From: an uncultured Verrucomicrobiae bacterium
Lineage (GTDB): Bacteria > Verrucomicrobiota > Verrucomicrobiia > Limisphaerales > JAFGQR01
Assembly: GCA_963788655.1 (NCBI GenBank)
Contig: CAWBHS010000049.1
Span: 192,001-256,000 of the forward strand
Reading direction: 5' to 3'
Length of the DNA: 64,000 bases
Shown here: positions 27,201 to 38,767 of the stretch, piece after piece
Layout: each line of letters starts with the position of its first letter
Numbering within the stretch: the stretch's first letter is position 1
The notes under the pieces: generated by a model
The model's database searches: none
What the model was told of the DNA's origin: nothing
What the model saw: the letters and a program-made list of their open reading frames with translations, nothing else
Program-made: the position numbers and the translations under genes

Positions 27201-30200
27201 GCTGTGCCCTTTGCGGTGACCGATGCGGAAACGCCCCTGAACTCGCTGGTGCTTCAAGCGACGTTGTCCGACCAGACTTTGGTGCCCAACGCGAACCTGA
27301 CGTTCAACGGTACCGGTGCCAACCGCATCTTGACCATCACCCCAACCGCCAATCGTCACGGCACCACGACGATCCACTGGCCGTGACAGACGGGGATCAA
27401 GCCACGGCGGACACCACCTTCGTTTTGACCGTCCGGCCGGTTAATGATCCGCCCACTTTGAATGCCATTGCCGACGTGACCATTGACGAAGATTCCGCCA
27501 CGCAGACCGTCAGCTTTTCCGGCGTCGGTTCGGGCGCGCCGGATGAAGTCCAATCCCTGGTGGTCACCGCCACCACGTCCACCCCGGCGTTGGTAAGCGA
27601 TCTGACGGTCACCTATGCCAGTCCGGCGGCCACCGGCATGTTGAGTTTTGTGCCCGTAGCGAATGCCAATGGTCCGGCTTCCATCACGGTTACGGTCAAT
27701 GATGGTGGCGCGACGAACAACACCTTCAGCCGCACGTTTACCGTCCACATCAACTCAATCAATGACCTGCCTTCCATCGCGGACATCGCGGATGTCCAGA
27801 CCACCGAAGACGTGCCGGCCGGGCCGATTCCGCTCACCGTCGCCGATCTGGAAACGCCGCTCGCCAGCCTGGTCGTGACCGGCAGTTCGTCGAATCCCAG
27901 CCTGGTCAACAGCGGCAGTTTCTCGTTTGACCTCAGCGGCGCGAATCCGACCGTCACCATCACCCCGCTGGCCAACCAAAGCGGCCAAACTACTCTGACG
28001 ATCATGGTCACCGACGGCGACAACGCCTCCGCCAGCACCAGTTTTGAACTGACTGTTTTGCCCGCCAACGATGCGCCGACTATCTCGAACATCGCCGACC
28101 AGACCATCCCGGAGGATACCTCGTCGCCGGCCATCGCCTTCACCCTATCCGATCCGGAATCGCCGGCGACGGACTTGGTGGTGTTTGCCAGTTCCGCTGA
28201 TCCGTCGATCCTCCCACCGTCGGGCCTGACCCTGGGCGGCAGCGGTGCCAACCGCACCATCATCCTCACTCCGCTCTCCAATCGCACCGGTGCCGTAACG
28301 GTCACCATTACCGCTGTCGATCCGCAAGGCGCCTGGAGCAGCCGCAGCTTTGGTGTCAATGTGACCGACGTCAATGATGCGCCGGTGATCTCCAGTCTGC
28401 CGGCCCAGACGATTCTCGAAGATACCGCCACCGGGCCATTGAGTGTGGTGGTGGGCGATCTGGAAACCAGCGCCAATGCGCTAGTGGTTACCGGCGCCTC
28501 CTCCAATCCGTCGTTGGTGCCGAACGGCAACATCGTGATCGGCGGCACGGGCCCGAACCGCACCGTGGTGGTCACTCCCGCCGCCAACCAATTCGGCAAT
28601 GCGACCATCACGCTGACCGTCGCCGATGGTCAAAACGGCACCGCCACCAGCCAATTCGTGCTGACCGTGGCCCCGGTCAATGACCTGCCCACGCTTAATC
28701 CGCTCGTGGACATGGCGCTGAATGCCAATGTGGGTCCGCAAACGGTGCTGCTTTCGGGCATCAGCTCCGGCGCGCCGAATGAATCCCAAACCCTGTCCGT
28801 CACCGCGACGTCCAGCAATCCCGGCGTTATCCCGCAACCGACGGTGAATTACACCTCGCCGAACACCGGCGGCAATCTGCAATTCACCCCCGTCCACAAT
28901 GCGGCCGGTTCGGCAACCGTCACTGTGACCGTGAGCGATGGAACCGGCGCCGGCAGCACTGCGTCGCGCACCTTTACCGTCACGGTGTCAGCGCTCAGTG
29001 GCCCACCGACGATTGCGGACATTCCCGATCAAACGACTGACGAAGACACTCCGCTTGCCGTTCCCTTGCTGGTCAATGATTCCGAAACCGATCCCATGAA
29101 CCTCGAAGTGGTCGCGTTTTCTGGAAACACCACCCTGATTCCCAACGACCACATCAGCGTTCACGGCGCGAGCACCAATCGAGTTCTCGTGCTGGAACCG
29201 GCGGCCAATTTGTCCGGCAGCAGCATCATTACGGTGATCGTCAGCGACGGTTCGGAATCCGCCATTCAGACGTTCAATCTCACCGTGCGGCCGGTGAACG
29301 ATCCGCCCACGATCAACCCGATGAATGACGTCGTGCGCACTTCCGGTTTCGGGCTGTTTAGCGTCGGTTTCATCGGGGTCGGTTCCGGTGCCGCCAATGA
29401 ATCGCAGACCACTTCCGTGACGGTTGTCTCCAGCGATCCGAGTCTGGTGCAGGTAAACACGGTCAACTATACCCCCGGCGGCAGCAGCGGTAGTGTCCGG
29501 TTGACCGGCGGGACGAAGTCAACGGGCACCGCGGATATTTCCATCACCGTGGACGATGGCGCTACCGCCAACAACACGACCGTGCGCACCTTTACCATTT
29601 ACGTCATGCCCGCCGCGAATTCGCTTCCGTCCCTCAGCGGGCTGTCCAGCCAAACCATCAACGAGGATACCTCCACCGGCCCAATTCCCTTCACCATCAG
29701 CGACGCGCAGACGCCGGCCGATCAATTAATCCTTTCCGCCGAGTCGCTGGATCCGACGCTCGTGCCGGACGCCAACATCTTCTTCGGCGGCAGCGGGGCC
29801 AACCGCACCGTCACCATTACCCCGGCCCCCAACGAATCGGGCACCGTCACGATCAAGATCAAACTGCGCGATCCGGATAACGGCTACCGGTACTACAGCC
29901 CGGTCGTGCAGGTGAATGCGGTGAATGACCCGCCGTTCATTGCCGCCATCGCCGATCAATTCACGACGCGCGACACCCCCACCGGCCCGATCACCATTGC
30001 CATCGGGGATCTGGAAACGCCGGCAACGGATCTGTCCGTACAAGCCACCTCCTCCAACCCCACGCTGGTGCCCAACGCCAACATTACCTGGGGCGGCAGC
30101 GGCACCAACCGGGCGTTGAAGATCACCCCCGCGTCCGGCCAGATCGGGACGACGACCATCACCGTCACGGTGGGCGATACCGAGTTGAACGCCACCCGGA

Positions 30201-31690
30201 ATTTCAAGCTCACCGTGCAGCCGTCCAGCGCGCTGCCCACCATCTCCGACCTTGGCGACCAAACCACTTACGAAGCCACAGCCACGCCTCCGATTGGGTT
30301 CAGTGTCAGCGATGCGGAAACGCCGGCCGCCGATTTGACGGTGTCCGCCACCTCCTCCGATTCCAATCTGGTGCCACCCGGCGGCTTTGTCTTCGGCGGT
30401 AGCGGGACTTCCCGCACGCTCACCATTACTCCGGCCGCGGGTCAGACCGGCGCCGCCACGATCACGGTAACGGTGCATGACGGCAATGGCGGCACCGCCA
30501 GTGACAGCTTCTTGCTGACGGTCCAACGGGTGAATGTGCCGCCGACCTTGAACCCCGTAGCCGAGCTCGCACTGCGTGAAAATGCCGGGAGCCAAACAAT
30601 TACCCTGAGTGGCGTCGGTCCCGGCGCGGGCGACCAGAATCAAACGGTGTTCATCGTGGCCAGTTCGAGCAATTTCGCCCTCGTGCCCAATCCAGTCGTG
30701 GAATACACGAGCCCGAACGCCACCGCCACCCTCCGGCTCACGCCGGCACCGTATGCGACTGGCACCGCGCAGATCACGGTCACGGTCAATGATGGCCAAC
30801 CGCAGAACAATATCACCACGCGCGTCTTCACGGTGACGGTGATTGCCGCGCCGACCATTACGGTCAATCCGGTGCAAGTAACCGAGGAAGATACAGTGGC
30901 TTCAGCGATTCCATTCGTGGTCAGCGATCCGGTGACGCCCGCGGCCAATCTGACCGTGGCGGCTTCCTCCTCCAATCCCGCTCTGGTGCCCAGTGGGAAC
31001 ATCGTTCTCGGCGGCTCCGGCGCCAATCGCACGATCACCTTGACTCCGCTGGCCAACCAGTATGGCAACACCCGCATCAGCCTCGTGGTTACTGCGGCGG
31101 GCAACGTCCGGGCCACGAACAGTTTCTGGTTGTTGGTCGCGCCGGTGGACGACCTGCCCACGCTCGATCCGTTGGTGGATATTACTGATTACTTGAATGC
31201 GGCCGACATCGTGGTGAACCTCACCGGCGTCGGACCAGGCCCCGGCGACCCCATCCAAACGTTGCGGGTCACCGCCACGTCGGACAATCCGGTGTTCATT
31301 TCGAACCCAGTGGTGAATTACGTCAGCCCGAACAGCACCGGCAGTCTGACCCTGGTGGTGCCAGCCGATACGGCCGGTACCGCGAACATCACCGTGACCG
31401 TCGATGACGGTGAGTTGGTTAGCCACGCGTTTTCGCGGACTTTCACGGTAACCATTGAAAACTTCGTGGCCCCGCCGGAGTTGCGCATCGAACCCCTCGG
31501 GCAGACGGTGAAGCTTTCCTGGCCGTATCCCTCCAGCGGCTACGAATTGGAGCACGTTGTCGGCACGGACAATCCCTGGAACTGGATGCCGATGCCAGGC
31601 ACGCCTGAGGACGATGGCGACCGGAAGTTTCTAATCGTGCCGGCCACCGAACCAATGGAATTGTATCGGCTGTCCCGGCCCGCCCGCTGA
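18286..31690 (+). CDS. Giant secreted adhesin-like protein 2 (about 4470 aa joined): signal peptide, N-terminal beta-propeller-like domain, two DUF11, more than 30 cadherin-like repeats, C-terminal FYRV-type domain
   Basis: ORFs 18286-20244, 19959-27386 and 27383-31690 join across shifts near 20118 and 27374. Signal peptide MKKRT...LVLLLAWAAHPDQANA. N-terminal domain motifs 'PDIAAAVGPAHLMV' and 'WGTYSATVLDP'. Ends ...MELYRLSRPAR*. Confidence 0.9.
24033..27140 (+). repeat. 1554-bp tandem duplication (five repeat domains, 518 aa) inside adhesin 2
   Basis: 24033-25586 matches 25587-27140 at a constant offset of 1554. Example: aatcccgctttgatccccacgcccgcggtggtttacaccagtcccaatagcactgg occurs at both 24477 and 26031. 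Confidence 0.9.
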
Positions 31691-31933
31691 GCTAATATCA
31701 GTTCAAGTGCGTCAGGATGGGATTACGGCGCCGCCCAGGCTTGCTGCTGAGTCCTTTGGGATAAGCAATCCGATGGGAACATCGATCCAGTTCCATTTCG
31801 CATCACCCGAATCCAGGCATCTCATCGGTTCCGAAGGGCCACAGTGCGTTCAATGGTTCGCGCAACACTCGATTGCAAGTGGAACGTTGGGAATTGGTTG
31901 GTTCGGGGCCGGCAGGATGTGCGGTCGGATCGC

Positions 31934-34092
31934 TCACGCAAAGTGCAGTTGCGTGATGGTTTCGTCGGGGTTCCAGCCGCGGGGGGGCTTGCTGTTGACC
32001 GACGACACATCCTTGATCGAAATTTGTCGGCCGCGCGTCTTCGGGCCTTTGACTTCGACTTCGGACGGATTGCAGGTTTGCTGGTTGATCTTCTGGTACG
32101 GCGCGGGCTTGTATTTGATGAAGAGTTCCTTCGGGGTGTCGGCCGCGAAAAACAGGATCTTGGATTTGGGCGGGAATGCAATGGTAGATCTTGTTCATGA
32201 TCGTGCCGCCAAAGGTGAACCGCTTCAGGTATGACGCTTCCCGGTTCGTGTACACCAGAGTGAACACCTGCTCGCGATCCGGCAGACCGCAATAGTGACA
32301 GGCCCGGGCCCACGAACAGTTTCTCCGGCAGTTCAATGACCTTGTAATGTCCGTCCTTGAACACGAGCAGGAGCTTGTCGAACTTCGTGCAATCCATTTT
32401 GAATTCGTCCCCGGAAACCTTGTAGCCAACGTAACCGGACGCGCGGTCGTAGGACACTTTGAAGGACTTGAACGCGACTTCGCGGGCATCCACTTCATCG
32501 TAGCGGCTGGATTTGGTCAGGCGCGGATACAGGGGGCCGTATTTCTCCAGCAGCGCTTCTAGGTGGGCGATGGCGTATCGGGTCAGGTTCTTGAGGTGTT
32601 TCTTGGTTTCTTCGAGTTCGGCTTTCACCCGCTCCATTTCTTCGCGGTGCTTGTTGATGTCGAAGAGCGAAATGCGCCGGATGCGCACGCCCAGCAGCCG
32701 CTCCACGTCCGGATCGGCCAGCTCGCGAACCAGTTGTTTGGCGAATGGTTTGAAGCCGTCGTACACGGCCTGGAAGACGGCCTCGTTGGTTTTGCACTGC
32801 TCGATCTGCTTGTAGATGCGCTCCTCGATGAAGATGCGTTCAAGCGTGCGGAAGTGCAGTTCGTCCTCGAGTTGGTTCTGTTTCAGCTCCAGTTCGCGCC
32901 GGAGCAGTTCGACCAGTTGATCGGTGTTCTCCCGCAGGACTTCCGACACCGTCAATTCGACGGGCCGGTTGTTCTTGATGACGATGATCCGGCTGGTGAT
33001 GGAAACCTCGCAATCGGTGAACGCGTAAAGAGCATCAACGAGTTGGTTCGCACTGACGCCGGCGGGCGCCTTGACCTCGATCTCGACTTCTTCGGAAGTG
33101 AAATCGTTGATGGTTTTGACCTTGAGCTTGCCTTTGCGGGCGGCGTCCTCGATGGAGGCAATCAGCGATTCGGTCGTGGTGGTTGGCGGGATTTCTTTGA
33201 TCAGGACCGTCGAGTCGTCTTTGACCTTCAGCTTGGCGCGCACCTTGACGCTGCCCTTGCCGTCGGCATAGCCGCGCGCGTCCATCAAGCCGCCGGTCTG
33301 AAAATCCGGCAGCACTTTGAACGGCTGCTTTTTGAGGATGGCGATCTGCGCTTCGAGCAGCTCCGGGAAATTGTGCGGCAGAATGCGCGAGGACAATCCG
33401 ACCGCAATGCCTTCGTTGCCCAACATGAGGTTGAGCGGCAGCTTGCACGGCAGCGTGACCGGTTCCTTGTTGCGGCCGTCGTAACTGGGAACGAACTCCG
33501 TGATCTCGTCGTTGAACAGCTCGTTGCGCGCCAGGTCGGTCAGACGGCACTCGATGTAACGCGGCGCGGCCGCGGGGTCGCCCGTGAAGATGTTGCCGAA
33601 ATTTCCCTGGCCCTCGATGAGATAGCGTTTGTTGGCCAGCACCACCAGCGCATCGCCAATCGAGGCATCGCCGTGCGGATGGAACTGCATGCAGTGCCCC
33701 ACCACGTTGGCCACTTTGATGAAGCGCCCGTCGTCCTTTTGGTGCAACGACCAGAGGATGCGGCGCTGCACCGGCTTGAGGCCGTCGGCCAGGTTCGGGA
33801 TCGCGCGGTCGCGAATGACGTAGGAAGCGTATTCCAGAAAACTGCGATTCACCCGGCCGTGGAGCGGCAGTTCAATGTGGCCCGGGGTGAACGGCCGATG
33901 GGCCACCGCGCCGGGCACGGTTTCGGCGATGATTTCGGTGTGACCATTGCCATTGCCATTCCCGTTGCCCGGGGGCTGGTCGTTGCCTTCGCCGAGATCG
34001 GCGGCGTTGACTTCATTCTGCCGGTCGCCGCTGCTCGAACCGGTGATCTTCAGATTCAATTGGTCGGAGGTGTTCTGGCGCTTCTTTGGCAT
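31934..34092 (-). CDS. parC: DNA topoisomerase IV subunit A (GyrA/ParC family, short type); frameshifted near the 3' end
   Basis: Motifs 'DRAIPNLADGLKPVQRRIL', 'FHPHGDASI' and catalytic 'AAAPRYIECRL'. After two frame switches the C-terminus continues to ...GWNPDETITQLHFA* (stop 31934-31936). Confidence 0.9.
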
Positions 34093-34145
34093 GGAAATTC
34101 GTTAATGGACGGGTGAACTTAAACCGGGAGCTAGGTGGTGTTTGG

Positions 34146-35987
34146 TCATTCTTCGACGGGCACAATGAGATGCTCCATGATGTAATCCTTGCGATCCGGC
34201 GTGTTCCGGCCCATGTAAAACGACAGGATGTTGGCCGCATCCGGCTTCGGGGCATGTTCCACGTGGCTCAAACGCATTTCCTTGCCGATGAATTGTTTGA
34301 ACTCGTTGGGGGAGATTTCCCCCAGTCCTTTGAACCGGGTGATCTCGGGTTTGCCGCCCAGTTTCTTGATGGCCTCGTCGCGCTCTGCTTCGCGAGTAGC
34401 AGTAGATGGTCTTTTGCTTGTTGCGCACGCGAAACAGCGGCGTCTCCAGCACGAACAGATGCCCGTCGTGTACCAGTTGATCGAAGAACCGGAAGAAATA
34501 CGTGATCAGCAGGTTGCGGATGTGCAGGCCGTCCACGTCGGCGTCGGTGGCGAGGATCACCTTGTCGTAGCGCAGCCCTTCGAGGTTGTCCTCGATGTTG
34601 AGGCTTTGCATCAGGTTGTACATCTCGTCGTTCTTATAGACGACGTCGCGCTTGAGATCCCAGACGTTGAGCGGCTTGCCTTTGAGCACGAAGATGGCCT
34701 GCTTGTTCACGTCGCGGCAACTCACGATCGAGCCGGCGGCCGACTGGCCCTCGGTGATGAACACCATCGTGCCTTTGCCTTTGCCCTTCTTTTTGTCGAG
34801 GTGATGCTTGCAGTCCTTGAGCTGCGGGATGCGGATCGTGATGGCCTTGGCCCGTTCGCGCGCCAGCTTCTTGACCTCCTGCAATTCCTTCCGCAGCTGC
34901 TGGGTGTCCTTGACCTTTGCCAGCGATCTTCTCGGCAATTTGCTTGTTGCGATTGAAGAACTGCAGCAGTTCCTCGCGAACCTTGTTCACCAGGTCGGAG
35001 CGAATTTCCGTGTTGCCCAGCTTGTTTTTGGTCTGCGATTCGAACATCGGATCCTTCAGCCGGATCGCCACCGCGCCCACCATGCTCTCGCGCACGTCGT
35101 CGCCGTCGAACTTCGCCGTTGGCAGTATTCGTTCACCGCCTTGAGCAGACCCTCGCGGAAGGCGCTCAGATGCGTGCCGCCATCGGACGGTGTACTGGCC
35201 GTTGACGAACGAATAAAACGTCTCGCCATACCGGCTGTTGCTGTGCGTGAAACAGAACTCCAGCGTCTTGCTCGTGTAATGCAGCGGCGGGTAAATCGGT
35301 TCGCTGCCGTCCGTCTGCAAATCCTCCATGACCAGGTCCATCAGCCCGAGCCGCGACTGAAACTTTTTGCCGTTGTACACCAGCCTCAGGCCGGTGTTCA
35401 GATAGCTGTAATGCCGCAGCCGCCGTTCGATGTGTTCCGGCCGGAACTCAAATGTCCTTGAAAATCTCCGGGTCAGGTTCGAACTCGATCAACGTGCCGT
35501 CCGGTTCCTTGGCGGCCTTGCCTTTCTTCTCCTTCTTCAGTTTGCCCTGTTTGAAGTTCGCTTCGACGAATTCGCCCGTCGCGATGACTGCGCACGAGGA
35601 ACGTCTTGGACAGCGCGTTGACCGCCTTGGTGCCGACGCCGTTGAGGCCGACGCTGAACTGGAACACGTCGTCGTTGTATTTGGCGCCGGTGTTGATCTT
35701 GGAGACGCAATCCACGACTTTGCCCAGCGGAATGCCGCGCCCGAAATCGCGCACCGACACCGCGCGTGCCGTCGATTTTGATCTGCACCTCCCTGCCGTG
35801 GCCCATGATGAATTCGTCGATGGCGTTATCGATGACCTCCTTCAGCAGGATGTAACAGCCGTCGTCGTAATGCGATGCCGTTGCCGATGCGGCCGATGTA
35901 CATGCCGGTGCGCAGCCGGATGTGCTCCAGCGAGGAAAGCGTCTTGATCTTGCTCTCGTCGTAATGGTGTTTGGTCTTCTCTGCCAT
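34146..35987 (-). CDS. parE: DNA topoisomerase IV subunit B (GyrB/ParE family); multiple frameshifts
   Basis: Fragments give '[13 protein letters not shown]', '[10 protein letters not shown]', '[15 protein letters not shown]', TOPRIM '[11 protein letters not shown]', '[15 protein letters not shown]' and '[10 protein letters not shown]'. Starts [15 protein letters not shown] and ends ...HLIVPVEE*. Confidence 0.88.
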
Positions 35988-36169
35988 ACTTCAGAACCAC
36001 AATATATTGGGGCTGCGCCGCCAATTGCCAATAAGGAAATGAAGGGAAATGAAGATTCCAGCAACGCTCGTAAAATGCCAGGCAGCCGGTTTTTTTGATG
36101 TTTGGGATCTGGAAGAGTTATCGTGGACAGATCCCGTTACGGCGGAATCTTATTGCGCCTCCCTGCCAG

Positions 36170-36278
36170 CGAAAGCGGGAGCAAGCTCCGCACACTCCAA
36201 ACGCTACGCGAAGTACGGCAGTGCCTGCCGCCACGTCGCGCCAGCGTTTGGAGTGCGTCCGGCTTGCCGGCGCTTTCG
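36170..36278. repeat. REP-type inverted doublet (GGAGTG-ended palindromic repeats)
   Basis: Left arm cgaaagcgggagcaagctccgcacactccaaacgct (36170-36205). The right arm's reverse complement is cgaaagcgccggcaagccggacgcactccaaacgct (36243-36278). Confidence 0.8.
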
Positions 36279-36348
36279 TCCAGGCAACTACACTTCTCGT
36301 TGTGCCCAGGCCAGAGTTCGTTCGTCTCGAGAATCCCGGTCGTTCGCG

Positions 36349-37306
36349 TCAACGCTTCAATCCTTCCAGCGCCTCTTTGACGCGGGTCTGTTGAGGCTGT
36401 TCGCGCTGACCAGTTTCCTTCAGGGCAATCAAATCGCGCCGTGGCTTTTCCCAGGCCCGGCGCACGGCGGCGGCCACCAATTCACGAACGGCCCGGTAGT
36501 CTGCATCTTGTTGATCCCGATAAATCGTCTGCCCGCATTTGCCCTGACCGCCAGCATCCCGCACCAATGGCGCCGCCAGGAAGAGGCTTTGCGCCGGTTC
36601 ATGAAGATCAATCCAATCCAGCCGGGTGATGGTTTTGAGTTCGTGGCACGACGCGCACCGGCGCTGATGGATTTCGATGAGGCGAGCTTCAAGTTGCCGG
36701 TCCTGGGGCAACGAATAAACCGGCTGGGCCGGCCGTTTGTTGGCGAACCGATCATGATACGGAGCATTGAGATCAATCCACGTCACCAACGTCCGCCATT
36801 CATCTTCCGTCACTCGATTAAGCTGAACGGTGTCACCGCGACGCAACACCCCGACAAGTTTGCTGCGATGGGAGCCTTGTTCGAATGGTTGGGTGATGTG
36901 CGCGTCACCTTGTACGTCCGACCACGAGACCAGGCGATGGTTGATGATGGTTTCGAACGCCCGGTTGTAGCCGTAATCGGCAATGCCAAAATCCTGGCCG
37001 TTCCAGCCGGCGGTCAGCCCCCCAAAAAAAGTCCAATCCGCCCGCTGGTTTCAAACCGCTGTGGCACCGAACGCAGCGACGGTCCAGAATGGGCTGCCAC
37101 CAGGCTTCAGCTTGCCGGAGCCAGTCGGTCTCGATGGCCTCGCGCATTGATGCAGCGTTAGCAGCACCAAACCCCATGCTCGCCAGCAATCCCAAAACCG
37201 TTGTCCGAAGGATGGCAGCGTAGATGGACCGTAGGCCAGGCCACCCGCGACGTTGAAGCCGAAAGCGACCATCCATTTCAGATGTAAACGCGGCCAGGCT
37301 TTTCAT
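36349..37306 (-). pseudogene. Internally deleted or compact HzsA-related secreted protein with two c-type heme motifs; frameshifted
   Basis: Signal peptide plus 'AIETDWLRQAEAW' runs directly into 'QPILDRRCVRCH'. An alternate frame gives 'GSHRSKLV', then 'LVTWIDLNAPY' and 'RRCASCH'. Shifts occur near 37025 and 36850. Confidence 0.6.
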
Positions 37307-37576
37307 AGGAACATCGTTGTAACCAGTTTCAATCCAGAAGAAAAGCTTTAGCGGTAACCGGACGTAGGCCAACTGTCCCGGCGGTCTCGAATTCCCAAGC
37401 ACCCAACAATTTCGTCCGCAGCGTTCTACGTGAAGCTATACGCTCGATGGAAATCCGGGCCCGGCGGGAAACCGGCCCTGCTTGTTGGATCGTTCGAGTC
37501 CTAAGCAATCTGCCTACCAAGTTTCCGCTTGGCGCCCGATGGCAAACGCCACCCGCAAGCCTAAGCTGTTATCGTT

Positions 37577-38152
37577 ATGAGCACTCAAATGATTGGCCCC
37601 GATGCCACGTCGGGATTCATGGATGATACGCGCCGGCTTGACGTGATAATTCTCTACGAGGATTTAGTCACCGGTCTGCGCGCCAAAGAGACGATTGACC
37701 GCATTGCGCGACAGCTCGAAATGGACGCGGAATTCACCATCAACCTTTGGAGGTTCGAGCTTCTGCGTTCACCAGGGGTGCGGCGGCGGGTCGTCCGGGA
37801 AGCACGCCAAGCCAGCTTGATTCTATTCTCCGCCCATGGACGCGAGGATTTGCCGGCGGAAGTCAAACAGTGGATCGAGGAATGGCGGGAGCAGCAGCAA
37901 AGCGATTACTGTGCGTTTGTCGTGTTGCTCGATGCATGTGAGAAACAGGTTGATAATCCGGTGCTCACTTACTTGGAGCGCACCGCTACGGAGGCCAAAC
38001 TCGGCTTGTTTCACCAGTTCTGCGGTACGCCCGTTACGGCATCCGAAACAGCCCGCGCGCGAATCAAACCGCTCGCCTTCGAATCGTCATTCGCTTTGGA
38101 AGAGGGTCTGCCCCCTCGCATCTCCAACGCGGGATGGGGAATCAATGAATGA
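37577..38152 (+). CDS. Hypothetical protein, alpha/beta fold (possibly receiver-like)
   Basis: 191-aa ORF with ATG start and globular composition ('VIILYED', 'LILFSAHG...LPAEVKQWIEEW'). Confidence 0.7.
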   Translation: MSTQMIGPDATSGFMDDTRRLDVIILYEDLVTGLRAKETIDRIARQLEMDAEFTINLWRFELLRSPGVRRRVVREARQASLILFSAHGREDLPAEVKQWIEEWREQQQSDYCAFVVLLDACEKQVDNPVLTYLERTATEAKLGLFHQFCGTPVTASETARARIKPLAFESSFALEEGLPPRISNAGWGINE

Positions 38153-38541
38153 CGGTCAGCGAGTGTTTCGGTCGCCTCGGATGAGGGGCCACGAGATCAT
38201 GACGGAAGTTGAAAAGTCGAAAAGCGGCCGCGTTGGGCACGCCACTTTGGTATGGCCGGCCTTCGGCGGTTGCGCGGGAGTAAAGGAAGATCCCCGGCAT
38301 GATTCAACGCGCCACCGCGAATTCATTTGCTGATGGCACCTAAGAATTATGCTCAATCACAAAGAGGACGCACCCCGATAGCGTGGTCGCGCGGACCGAA
38401 TTAGAAATTAACCTGTGCATGGTGCTCGGGAGCCCGGTCGTCAACCACGCGGAATGCAGGATTGGGAAGTGCAAGCGTTGCCGCGAAATCCGGGGCTCCT
38501 TGTGGTTCCTTTCGGGGACGAAGACGCGGTGCAAACTAGTT

Positions 38542-38767
38542 TAATGGGGCCCGTTCGGAAAGGACGTATCCGAAAAAGGGTCACAAGGGTTGGCTGGCTA
38601 TTAGCCGTTCCTCAAACTGCCCGGATACCAGCAATGGTTGGAAGGGGAGGGTTGGCCGACACGGTGCGGCGGTACGACCGGGCGAAGCGCCCGCGACGCG
38701 AGGGACCGGAAGCGATTCTGCTGATGCGGTTCGTAGTGCCGAGTGACCTGAAGAACGGGCCCCATTA
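38542..38767. ncRNA. Candidate structured ncRNA or MITE, 226 nt, closed by a perfect 15-bp inverted repeat
   Basis: taatggggcccgttc (38542-38556) pairs with gaacgggccccatta (38753-38767). Nested helices gggtcac/gtgacct and cggcggtacga/tcgtagtgccg, plus a GNRA hairpin acca-gcaa-tggt. Confidence 0.5.

Noticed and set aside
4350..27390. Programmed frameshifting or phase variation splitting the giant adhesins
   Set aside because: The shifts fall mid-domain with no common slippery motif or long simple-sequence tract. Similar indels hit parC, parE, hyfF and the SSS gene, so sequencing error is the simplest explanation.
36049..37161. 370-aa plus-strand ORF, the 41605-41919 ORF and many long antisense ORFs over the adhesins and the Ehr operon
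   Set aside because: They are shadow frames of GC-rich genes or translations of palindromic repeats, with no recognisable motifs.
38640..38756. FMN riboswitch-like words (CGGCGGTA, GCCCGCGA)
   Set aside because: The P2 and P6 helices, T-loops and the AGUCCGGAUG signature are missing, and there is no flavin-related gene downstream.
38542..38767. Retron msr-msd (terminal inverted repeats) or tmRNA (GGGGC start)
   Set aside because: There is no reverse transcriptase in the window and no tRNA-like T-arm or CCA end.
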